64,000 bases of DNA from a virus (Duplodnaviria > Caudoviricetes): positions 1 to 64,000 of IMG/VR virus record IMGVR_UViG_3300049137_000091; one strand, given 5' to 3'. Below are positions 38,476 through 46,994 of this stretch, piece after piece (position 1 is the first letter of the stretch; every line of letters begins with the position of its first letter). Both the position numbers and the translations under genes were made by a program. The notes below the pieces were generated by a model. It did not search any database. It was not told the origin of the DNA and was given only the letters and a program-made list of their open reading frames with translations.

Positions 38476-38901
38476 GTGCCCGTCTGGCTTCTCATCACCT
38501 GCATGATCCTCGCCTCGTACCGTGCCGCCCGGCTCGCGACGAAGGACACCTTCCCGCCCGTGCTGTGGCTGCGCGACCGTCTGTCCGGCGGCTGGCGCCC
38601 CCTCACCGAACCGGAGATGGAGGTGGAGGGCAGCATCCCGGACGGTGACGAACTCCTCAGCCATCCCAAGCTGGGCTCGATCACGAGTATCGACGGCACG
38701 CCGCACCGTTACGTGCGCAGGGTCAAGTGGTCGCCGTACTGGCTGGCCGAACTCATCTCGTGCCCGTGGTGCGTGTCCGGGTGGCTGTCCGCCGCCCTCA
38801 CGGCCGGGGTTGCCCTCACGGTCGGCGTCCCGGCGCCGGTGCTGGTGTGGGGCGCCGTGTGGGCGGGCTCCGCGCTGCTGGCCTCGCGGGAGTGGGCGTA
38901 G
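38476..38901 (+). CDS. DUF1360-like membrane protein
   Basis: YRAARLATKD.FP...LRDR and LISCPWCVSGW. Confidence 0.75.
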   Translation: MPVWLLITCMILASYRAARLATKDTFPPVLWLRDRLSGGWRPLTEPEMEVEGSIPDGDELLSHPKLGSITSIDGTPHRYVRRVKWSPYWLAELISCPWCVSGWLSAALTAGVALTVGVPAPVLVWGAVWAGSALLASREWA

Positions 38902-38947
38902 GCCCGTTTCGCCCCGTGCTGTCGGTCGGCGCCGCTACGCTCAGCCC

Positions 38948-39475
38948 ATGAACAAGGAATCTTCGAGCCCGGCCGGCACCCGGTGGGTGGAGGACGCGTC
39001 CCTGCCCGCCCCCGACGGACATGTCTGGGCCCGTCCCGTGCCGGACGACTGCCCGAATTGCCCGTGCCACACCGCACGGGTCTGCCAGGGATTTGACTGG
39101 CACCGGGCCGAACGGCCGACACTCCCGGACGGCGAACCGTACACCGACCCGTGCCCGTGCGAGCAGGCCGCCCCGGCACCGGAGCAGCGGCAGGTCACGC
39201 TCACCATCGACGACGAGACCCGCACGGTGGCCGCCCTCTTCCACCACCACGGCTTGATGCGCGGCCGTCTTCAGACCGTCGGGTTTCCCTTCTGCGGGCA
39301 GACGACGGACGGCGCTCTCGTCGCCCGCTGCGGCATGGTCCTGAGCCCGGCCACCGACACCACTCCTGTGGAGATGCGCGCCCTGGACGATCAGGGACAG
39401 GCGTGGGTGCTGTCCTTTCAGGCGTCCGTCGCGGCCCGGCCGGCCCGTATCACCGGCTGGTGGGACCGGAATTGA
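38948..39475 (+). CDS. Cys-rich hypothetical protein
   Basis: CPNCPCH...C...CPC. Confidence 0.55.
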   Translation: MNKESSSPAGTRWVEDASLPAPDGHVWARPVPDDCPNCPCHTARVCQGFDWHRAERPTLPDGEPYTDPCPCEQAAPAPEQRQVTLTIDDETRTVAALFHHHGLMRGRLQTVGFPFCGQTTDGALVARCGMVLSPATDTTPVEMRALDDQGQAWVLSFQASVAARPARITGWWDRN

Positions 39476-39584
39476 CAGGAGATGCCGACTCTGGGACTGA
39501 CCGGGCAGGAGGTCGTCCCCGGCACCCTGTACGACGAAGGGCCGGTTCCCCGTGGGAGCCGGCCCTTCGTCATGTCGTTGTGGA

Positions 39585-40256
39585 TCACGCCGCCCTCGCC
39601 CTCATTGACGGGTGTCCGGCCGCCGCCGTGACCAGGCCGTGGCCCACCGACCGCAGGATGTCGGCGTAGTGCTCCCCGACGCCCAGGTCTGCGGACTTGA
39701 ACCCGTCGGCGTCTTCGTTCAGCGACGCCAGGTCGTCCAGGGTGCAGTGAGCTGCGGCCATCGCGTGCGCGTCGGCCGCGCGGACCTGAAGGTCGTACTG
39801 CGGGAGGTCTTCGGTCTCCAGGCGTGCGGCGGCCAGCACGGACAGGACTGCGGCGATCAGGTCCCCGTGCCGCGCCCCGAGCGTCACCAGCACGTCCCGC
39901 CCCAGGCCGGGGAGATCCCCGTCGATCACCTTGCGGGCGAGTTCTGCGGTTGTCCGGGTGTGCGCGGCGGCGGCCTCCCCGAGCGCTACCGCTGCGGCCG
40001 GCAGGCTGACCGTGCCGAGGGTGTCCCGCAGGCCGTGCCAGCCGCAGACGACGCCGGCCAGGGCGAAGGCGGTGGCCGGGCCGGGCTCGTCCAGGTCCCC
40101 GAGCGGCGGCAGTGCGACGACGAACCCGCCGCTGCTGACGTCTCCGGCGTCCCGCAATGCGTCCTCGACCCTCTCCAGCCAGTCCGCGTGTCCGGGGGTC
40201 AGATCGGGCAGGGTCTCGACCACGGGGGCCAGCCACGTAAGGGCGCGGTGTTCCAT
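39585..40256 (-). CDS. Hypothetical protein
   Basis: ACCGAGGAA upstream; converges on the 39533-39571 hairpin. Confidence 0.6.
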   Translation of the reverse strand: MEHRALTWLAPVVETLPDLTPGHADWLERVEDALRDAGDVSSGGFVVALPPLGDLDEPGPATAFALAGVVCGWHGLRDTLGTVSLPAAAVALGEAAAAHTRTTAELARKVIDGDLPGLGRDVLVTLGARHGDLIAAVLSVLAAARLETEDLPQYDLQVRAADAHAMAAAHCTLDDLASLNEDADGFKSADLGVGEHYADILRSVGHGLVTAAAGHPSMRARAA

Positions 40257-40544
40257 GATTCCTCGGTCTCCTCGGGTGTTGGTTCCGCCGGGGCCGGTAA
40301 GGCGGCATCTTCGACGGTCAAGCAGCGGCGCCGGGCCGGCGTCAGCGCCGCCCCGGACAGGATGATCAGTCGGTACCCGGCGCGCAGCCGTTCACGGGAT
40401 TCGAGATACAACCTTGTCCCCTATATACGCGTCCGCGCGAGGGCCGTTGGGCACTGGACGCTACCGCACACAGTCTCGGCGTGTCTGCGCCACCCCGGAA
40501 GGCGCGCATGGCAGGCGCACGGGGCACCCGGCGCGCATGGCTGT

Positions 40545-40678
40545 TGTTCATCAAACGGGCGGTTGTCGGTGCCAGACGAACGCCGGCGGTCCGTCGGCGA
40601 CCCGCCGGGGCCGCTTGTCCATCTGACCGTTCATCAACCTGATAGCGTTCACCTGCGATCCGAGGCGTTTGCTGAACA
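40545..40678. promoter_or_regulatory. Candidate res site upstream of resolvase
   Basis: TGTTCATCAAACG (40545), CGTTCATCAACC (40628) and inverted CGTTTGCTGAACA (40666). Confidence 0.45.
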
Positions 40679-40693
40679 TGGAGGCAGGAACCT

Positions 40694-41311
40694 ATGCCGC
40701 TTATCGGGCTGGTCCGCGTTTCTACGGACAAACAGAACACCCAGCGACAACACGATGCGCTCGGGCCAATCTGCCTGAAGGTATTCGAGGAAAAGATCAG
40801 CGGCAAGCTGAAGGTGGAAGACCGGCCCGGCCTGTCGGCCGCGCTCGACTACCTGCGCGACGGCGACATGCTCTGCGTGCACGAAGTGGACCGGCTCGGA
40901 CGCAACCTGCTGGAAGGGCTGATCGTCCTCAACGAGCTCTTCGAGCGCGGCGTCCCGGTCAAGGTGCTGGAGGGCATTGCCGCCGGCGAGCACCGCGAGC
41001 GGTCGCTGATCCTCGACCTGGCGCTGGCGCTGGCGGAGGACCGGCGCCGGGACATCGTGCGCAAGACCCGCAGCGGCCTGGACGCGGCGCGCAAGCGCGG
41101 CCGGGTCGGCGGCCGGCGCCCGGTCATGTCGGAGGCCCTGGTGGTGCAGGCGATTGCCCTGCGGGCCGCCGGGATGACGCTGCGGCAGATCCGGCCGCAC
41201 CTGGTCTACAAGACGGCAAGCGGTCAGTCCCGGAACCCGTCGCTGGGCGCCATCTCCCAGGCGCTCCAGGCGTACGACGCCGCCGCGCAGGAGCTGGCGG
41301 AGGCGCGCTGA
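40694..41311 (+). CDS. Small serine recombinase (resolvase/invertase)
   Basis: RVSTDKQ, RPGL, VDRLGRN, GRVGGRRP; 205 aa with no large-integrase domains. Confidence 0.9.
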   Translation: MPLIGLVRVSTDKQNTQRQHDALGPICLKVFEEKISGKLKVEDRPGLSAALDYLRDGDMLCVHEVDRLGRNLLEGLIVLNELFERGVPVKVLEGIAAGEHRERSLILDLALALAEDRRRDIVRKTRSGLDAARKRGRVGGRRPVMSEALVVQAIALRAAGMTLRQIRPHLVYKTASGQSRNPSLGAISQALQAYDAAAQELAEAR

Positions 41312-41338
41312 CCGGGGGTTGCGTGGTCCGGCCCTCCC

Positions 41339-41356
41339 ATGGTTTAATTAATTCAT
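41339..41356 (+). promoter_or_regulatory. 18-bp AT-rich operator/-10 box
   Basis: ATGGTTTAATTAATTCAT; TTGCGT 18 nt upstream of TTTAAT. Confidence 0.8.
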
Positions 41357-41402
41357 CGGGACGGGGCACCGGCCCGGCAGACCAAGGAATGGGGAACCGA
41401 TC

Positions 41403-41669
41403 ATGACCGAGACCTTCCGCGTGACCATCGAGCGCCGGCACCCGAAGGGCGCCGTCATCGCCACCGGGACCAGCGTCGTCCAGGCGGTCGACAAGGACGA
41501 GGCCGCCCGCGTCGCGGTCGCCAAAATCGTCGAGACGATGAAGGCGAGGAACGCCAAGCTCCACGCCTCCCGCGTCGCCGCCGGCACCACCTGGTCGGCC
41601 GCCTCCGAGGACCCGAAGGACTACGTGGTCAAGGGCGTCCGCCGCGCCGCCAAGCGCCGGACGGCCTGA
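41403..41669 (+). CDS. Basic hypothetical protein
   Basis: Box and ACCAAGGAA upstream. Confidence 0.6.
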   Translation: MTETFRVTIERRHPKGAVIATGTSVVQAVDKDEAARVAVAKIVETMKARNAKLHASRVAAGTTWSAASEDPKDYVVKGVRRAAKRRTA

Positions 41670-41741
41670 CCCACGCAGACCCCCGCCCGGGGCCGGCCGG
41701 CCCCGGGCTTCGGACCTACCGACCAAGGAAAGAAGGAAGAC

Positions 41742-42164
41742 GTGCCCCGACAGATGACGGCCACCGAGCGCGCGGCCCGAGACGCGATGAAGCCTTACGT
41801 CCGTGCCCACCTGATCAGTCAGGCCACCGTCAACAGGACGATCCGCGACGGCCTCGCGCTGGTGGAGCGCACGGTACATGCCGAGTACACCGCTGACCAG
41901 ACCTTCTACTACGCGGGGAAGATCGCAGCCGCGCGGGAGGCGTACGACGCGCAGGACAACCCGGTCGTCCGCATGATCCTGGGCGGCAAGCTGATGGCGG
42001 CCGAGATGTTCGCTGCCGTCTACGCCGTGGTGCGAGCCGAGCGCGGCGACACCGACCTGCCAATGGAGCAGGCCGTGGAGGCGATGACCGCCGTCCGCGA
42101 CACCGTGCGGGAGATGCACGAGGAGACCGCAGCCCCTGCGCCGCCGGCGGCCGTTGCCGCCTGA
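41742..42164 (+). CDS. Hypothetical protein
   Basis: ACCAAGGAA and GAAGGAAG upstream. Confidence 0.6.
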   Translation: MPRQMTATERAARDAMKPYVRAHLISQATVNRTIRDGLALVERTVHAEYTADQTFYYAGKIAAAREAYDAQDNPVVRMILGGKLMAAEMFAAVYAVVRAERGDTDLPMEQAVEAMTAVRDTVREMHEETAAPAPPAAVAA

Positions 42165-42165
42165 C

Positions 42166-42220
42166 CCCGAACGCGACGAAGCCCCGGACCGCGATGGTCC
42201 GGGGCTTCGTCGCGTTCGGG
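42166..42220. terminator. Perfect 25-bp inverted repeat, bidirectional terminator candidate
   Basis: CCCGAACGCGACGAAGCCCCGGACC-GCGAT-reverse complement, between convergent stops. Confidence 0.8.
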
Positions 42221-42222
42221 GT

Positions 42223-42597
42223 CTACGCCCAGAGCGCCGGGTCGGTGGGGCCGAAGGCGTCGGCGTACAGCCGGTGCAGCTCGCCGCCGGGCGCCCACTC
42301 GTCCCGGCCGAGGATGAGCAGGTGCCCGGTGCGGTGGGCGACCCGGGACAGCTCCGGCATCTGCGCGAACAGCAGCATGCCGCCCAGCTCAACGGCGGCC
42401 GGCGCGGGCAGGGCGGCAGCGGTCTCGCCGCGCTGCTCGGCGAGCGCCGCGCGGATGGCGAACACCCGGACGGCGTCGGCCATGGCGCCGGCGACGATGG
42501 GCATGTCCGGATCGGACAGCCACGCGTCGTGGATCTCCCAGGCGAGTACGGCGGCCGACTCGGCGGTGCTGCTGCTGGTCCGGGTGCTGCTGATCAT
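42223..42597 (-). CDS. Hypothetical protein divergent from the XRE regulator
   Basis: GGAGG SD before MISS. Confidence 0.55.
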   Translation of the reverse strand: MISSTRTSSSTAESAAVLAWEIHDAWLSDPDMPIVAGAMADAVRVFAIRAALAEQRGETAAALPAPAAVELGGMLLFAQMPELSRVAHRTGHLLILGRDEWAPGGELHRLYADAFGPTDPALWA

Positions 42598-42711
42598 CGG
42601 GCCCTCCACAGGTCGTCTGAGACCAGACTGCCCGTCAGGCGGCGTCATAGGGGCGTCATTCGTAGGCGTCATTCCGGTGTCATTCTGTCGCCGGGCGGGT
42701 ACGCCAGTGAC

Positions 42712-43446
42712 ATGACCGCCACCACACCGAATCTCGCCCTGCGCGCCGTGCGCGAGGGCATGCTGCTTTCCCAGGAGGAGCTGGCCCGCCGGCTCCAGAA
42801 AGCCGGGGCCCCGACCGCGTCCAAGCGCCTCGTGCAGCGCTGGGAGGCCGGGGACATCGCCTGCCCGCAGGCCGCGCACCTGCGCGTACTGGAGCAGGTC
42901 ACCCGGCGTTCCGCCGCCGAACTCGGCTTCCGCGTCTCCGGGACGGAGGAGGACCGCCCGGCCGGGGACGGGAAGCACGCTGTCGTCCGCCCGGCCGGGG
43001 CCGCGCCCACCGTCGCCGACAGCCTGTCCGGCGTCTGGCTGTCCCGCTACGAGTACCCGTCGTCCGGCCGGGGCGGGACGTTCGTCGGCCTGCACTACGT
43101 CGTCCTGCTCCAGCACGGGTCCCGGCTGACCGTGCAGTCCCTGCCGGACGCGTCGTCCAACCCGCACTCGCCACTGTCCATGGATCTGACCCTGGACGGC
43201 ACCGTGGCCACCGGCACTTGGACCGAGCAGACGGCGAAGGACGGCTACTACAAGGGCGCCCGCTACCACGGCGCCATCCAGATGATGCTGGATCCGACCG
43301 GCCGCCGGTTCGCCGGGCAGTGGGTCGGCTTCGGCAAGGACTTCTCGATGAACACAGGCCCGTGGACGCTGAGCTACCGCACCGCCAACCGGTCCCGGCA
43401 GTCCCTCGCGCATTTCCACCGCGCGCCCGAGCCGGACGAGGTGTGA
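42712..43446 (+). CDS. XRE-family HTH regulator with C-terminal beta-rich domain
   Basis: LRAVREGMLLSQEELA...VQRWEAG; LSGVW..Y...GTW...YHGAIQ. Confidence 0.8.
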   Translation: MTATTPNLALRAVREGMLLSQEELARRLQKAGAPTASKRLVQRWEAGDIACPQAAHLRVLEQVTRRSAAELGFRVSGTEEDRPAGDGKHAVVRPAGAAPTVADSLSGVWLSRYEYPSSGRGGTFVGLHYVVLLQHGSRLTVQSLPDASSNPHSPLSMDLTLDGTVATGTWTEQTAKDGYYKGARYHGAIQMMLDPTGRRFAGQWVGFGKDFSMNTGPWTLSYRTANRSRQSLAHFHRAPEPDEV

Positions 43447-43532
43447 CCGAGAGCCGAGGAACAGGTATGTCGGATCGTGCGCTAAATCGTCCAGCGGCCA
43501 TAGCCGGTGCGGGAGACGATCGTTGACCAAGC

Positions 43533-43856
43533 ATGACCAGCACACAAGATGAACCGACGTACGAGTTCCGGATGTACGGTATCGAGGGCCCTCCTGCGGC
43601 AATGTGGCCGGCGCGTAGGGCAGGAATGGACGCCCTGGGAGCCATCGAGGGTTACCGGGAAAGCGGCGATGAGCTGGGCGCACTCGGTCTGTGGTTCTGG
43701 CTTCGGAATCAGGCAGAGATGCGTCTGATGATGAGTATTGGCCGCCAACTGGGGGTTGGCACGTCTTGGTCGCAGATTGCCCAAACCCTCGGAATGGACG
43801 AGTCGGAAGCCCGGGAACGCTGGGGCGACATCAGTTCGGTCCCCACCAACCCGTAG
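43533..43856 (+). CDS. Small protein with C-terminal HTH, visibly lower GC
   Basis: SWSQIAQTLGMDESEARERWG. Confidence 0.55.
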   Translation: MTSTQDEPTYEFRMYGIEGPPAAMWPARRAGMDALGAIEGYRESGDELGALGLWFWLRNQAEMRLMMSIGRQLGVGTSWSQIAQTLGMDESEARERWGDISSVPTNP

Positions 43857-43946
43857 CCGCAGTTCCCGTCAACCCGATGCCCCGGACCGTCCCCGGTTCG
43901 GGGCATCGTCGTGTCCGTTGTCGGTGGCCGCCGCTACGGTCGGCCC

Positions 43947-44210
43947 ATGAGCGAATCCACCCGCCGGCCGGCCCAGCCCGGCGAGCTGTGCACGTGCGGT
44001 CGTCCGGCCGTCGTCGTCTACACCGGAGGATCGTTCCCCGACGTCGGGGACTGCGGGATCGAGGGGGCGGCGTTCCGCCCGGTGCTGCCGTGCCCGTGGT
44101 GCCGCATAGACGCCGCGCACGTCACCGGCTGGGGCGACCCGGCCAAGTGCCCCAGCTACAGGCTGCGGGCGCCGGAGCAGCCGGGGGTTGCGCAGGCCGG
44201 TGAACGATGA
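43947..44210 (+). CDS. Cys-rich hypothetical protein
   Basis: PGELCTCGRPA...CPWC...CP.Y. Confidence 0.55.
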   Translation: MSESTRRPAQPGELCTCGRPAVVVYTGGSFPDVGDCGIEGAAFRPVLPCPWCRIDAAHVTGWGDPAKCPSYRLRAPEQPGVAQAGER

Positions 44211-44224
44211 TTTAATCAATTCAT
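44207..44224 (+). promoter_or_regulatory. 18-bp AT-rich operator/-10 box
   Basis: ATGATTTAATCAATTCAT; TTGCGC 17 nt upstream of TTTAAT. Confidence 0.8.
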
Positions 44225-44251
44225 TGCAGCCGACCAAGGAACGAGGGCCTG

Positions 44252-44737
44252 ATGAGCCGCTTCGAGTTCGGACAGCGCTACCGCGACGCCGACGGGGACA
44301 CATACATCGTGGCTGAAATCCTCGGCACCGGCCGCCACGCCCGTCTGCTGGGGGACTTCGACATCCTCGCTCACCCGGGCGCCTTCGAGCTGGACCTGGT
44401 TACGACCGAGCATCTGCGCGACCTGGTCCGTGTCGGGGACGACCCTCAGATGACGGAAATCTTGCGTGCCCGCATGGCGGACGAGACGGACCGGGCGAAG
44501 GCGTGGGGCAAGGTGCCGTCCAACGAGGTCCGGACCGTCTACAACGCAGCTCACGACGCGCGGATGAGCGAGCGGGACGTCTGCGCCGGGCGGGATGCAG
44601 ACGGCATGCTCGCCGGCATCCGCGACCGCGCGCTGCGGAAGATCGCCAATATCGTCGGTGACGTGGACGACGCTGCCGTCATCACCGGGTTCCCCCGGGA
44701 GGACATCGAGCGGGCCGTCACCCGGGCAGCGTCCTGA
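44252..44737 (+). CDS. Hypothetical protein
   Basis: Box and ACCAAGGAA upstream. Confidence 0.6.
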   Translation: MSRFEFGQRYRDADGDTYIVAEILGTGRHARLLGDFDILAHPGAFELDLVTTEHLRDLVRVGDDPQMTEILRARMADETDRAKAWGKVPSNEVRTVYNAAHDARMSERDVCAGRDADGMLAGIRDRALRKIANIVGDVDDAAVITGFPREDIERAVTRAAS

Positions 44738-45140
44738 CCCGGCGCCGGCCGGAGGGGTGGGACTCCGTGGCCACGGAGCCTGGCTGATCCACCCGTCCGG
44801 CCGGCGCCGTCCACCGCAGCGATGTGCCGCCGCCCCATCCGGGCCCTGCAACACCCGGCACGCCCCCGTCACGTGCGGAGGCGCGTTCATGTGTACCGCG
44901 CATCTGTCGTCGGACCAACCGGGCCCGGAACGAGTAGGTGCGAACGGCGTTCCCCTGTACGGTTCCCCCGCACGCGATCTCCTCGGGTTGTGGGCAGCGA
45001 GAGGTGCGGTCCCGCCCGGCGGCTGGCGGGGCCGCACCTTTGTGTCTGCACCTGTCCGTCAGGGGCGTTCCTCGTCAAAGCGGTCAATCGGGAGATCGCG
45101 GCTACCATGCCGCCCCGACGATCCGACCCGGGGAGGCCGC

Positions 45141-46994
45141 ATGCCGTGGTACGACGCGTTCCGGGGCCGAACGCCCCGGCCGCCCGAGACCGCAACGACC
45201 TTCGGACCTGCGCCGGTGCCCGAGGCGCTGACGGCCGCCGCGTCCGAACCGCGCGGCCCCGAGACCAAGTTCTTGCGCCGCACCGAGTCCTGGCAGGAGG
45301 AGGTGTGGCGGTACCACGAGACGCTGGGCGAGTTCAACTACGGCGTGTGGTGGCTGGCCAACATGCTCTCCCGGGTCCGGCTGCGGGCGGCCCGGCTCAC
45401 CCCCGACTCCGACGAGCCGGAGATCGTGCGCACCGGCACGGCCGCCGAGCTGATGATGCGCCTCGGTGGCGGTGTCGCCGGTCAGGCTCAGCTCATGCGC
45501 CGGCTGACCGTGCAGCTCTCCCTGCCCGGCGAGGGCTACCTGGTGGGGGAGACGGAGGGGAAGACCGAGCGCTGGCAGGTGCGGTCGGTGGACGAGATCC
45601 GCGTCCAGTCGAACCGCTACGAGGTGATGGACGAAGAGAGCGTCACCACCGGGCAGGAATGGCGCCCCCTTGCCGCCGACCACCTTGTGGTCCGCGTCTG
45701 GCGCCCGCACGATCGCTTCTACCACCTGGCCGACTCGCCGGCCCGGTCCGCCCGCGAGGTGATGCGCGAGCTGGAGTTGGTCAACCGGAAGATCACGTCC
45801 GAGTATCTGTCGCGTCTGGCCAGTGCGGGCATGGTCGCAATCCCGGACGAGATCAGCTTCCCGGTGCGCGAGGAGTTTGCCGACGAGCCCAACCCGTTCA
45901 TGGCCGAGTGGATCGAGATTGCCGCGACGGCGATCCAGAACCCGGGCACCGCGTCGGCCGTCGTGCCGATCCCGCTGGTGGGCCCGGCCGAGGCCATCGA
46001 TAAGATCCGCATGATCGACTTCACGCTGAAGACGGATGAGAAGACGATCGAGAAGCGGGACAGCGCAATCAAGCGCCTGGCCACCAAGCTCGACATGCCC
46101 GCCGAGGTGCTGCTGGGCATGGGTGACGTCAACCACTGGGGGCAGTGGCAGCTCGAAGAGTCCGGGCTGAAAACGCACATCGCGCCGGTGGCCGAGCTGA
46201 TCTGCGACGCCCTGACGCGCGGCTACCTCCAGCCCCGGCTGGAAGCCTCCGGCGAGGACCCGGACGCGTGGGTCGTCTGGTACGACATGTCCGAGCTGGC
46301 GCTGCGCCCGGACCGTTCCGGCAACGCCGTCCTGGCCTACGACCGCATGGAGTTGAGCAGCGAGTCCTTCCGCCGGGAGATGGGCTTCAACGAGTCCGAC
46401 GCACCCACCGACGACGAGCTGCGCAACCTCGCGCTGAAGACCATCATCCGCACGCTGCCGTCCGGCGCCGCGTCCGCGCTGTCCCAGCTCATCGGGGAGG
46501 ACGTCCCGCAGATCGTGCCGGTGTCCCCGCAGGACCCGGGCACCGCCGAGGCCGTGCAGCAGGGCGACACCCCGCCGCCGGCCGGGCAGACGCCGGAAGG
46601 CGACGCCCCGGCCGGGCCGTCCCCGGCGCCGGACAGCGGGGCACGGCCCACCTCGCAGGAGTCCGGGCCGCCCGGCGAGGCGGCGGCCGACCGGGCCCGC
46701 CGCGTCGTCGCGCAGGCCCGCACACAGCACATGATCCGGTTCTCGGCTGCTGGCAGGTGGGAGCTGCTGCACCCCGGCGTCTGCGAGGAGCACGAGTACT
46801 CCTGCCCGTACACGCATGCCGTCGCCACGGCGGCGCCGTCGGTCCGGCCGGGCACATCCGGAACGTACCTGTGCCACCTGGACCCGTACGGCCGTCTGAT
46901 GCTGGACGGCCGCAGCCCCTACGCCGACACGTCCACGATGATCACCACGTCTCTGCTGCCGGGGGTGAGCGGCCGTGGCACCGACACCGTCTGA
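45141..46994 (+). CDS. Portal protein with C-terminal Pro-rich and Cys/His extension
   Basis: GGAGG SD; QLSLPGEGYL, VRVWRPH, LDMPAEVLLG, NHW.QW; first gene of the head module. Confidence 0.8.
   Translation: MPWYDAFRGRTPRPPETATTFGPAPVPEALTAAASEPRGPETKFLRRTESWQEEVWRYHETLGEFNYGVWWLANMLSRVRLRAARLTPDSDEPEIVRTGTAAELMMRLGGGVAGQAQLMRRLTVQLSLPGEGYLVGETEGKTERWQVRSVDEIRVQSNRYEVMDEESVTTGQEWRPLAADHLVVRVWRPHDRFYHLADSPARSAREVMRELELVNRKITSEYLSRLASAGMVAIPDEISFPVREEFADEPNPFMAEWIEIAATAIQNPGTASAVVPIPLVGPAEAIDKIRMIDFTLKTDEKTIEKRDSAIKRLATKLDMPAEVLLGMGDVNHWGQWQLEESGLKTHIAPVAELICDALTRGYLQPRLEASGEDPDAWVVWYDMSELALRPDRSGNAVLAYDRMELSSESFRREMGFNESDAPTDDELRNLALKTIIRTLPSGAASALSQLIGEDVPQIVPVSPQDPGTAEAVQQGDTPPPAGQTPEGDAPAGPSPAPDSGARPTSQESGPPGEAAADRARRVVAQARTQHMIRFSAAGRWELLHPGVCEEHEYSCPYTHAVATAAPSVRPGTSGTYLCHLDPYGRLMLDGRSPYADTSTMITTSLLPGVSGRGTDTV

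Noticed and set aside
40694-41311. Phage integrase
   Set aside because: Too short; lacks the recombinase and zinc-ribbon domains of large serine integrases.
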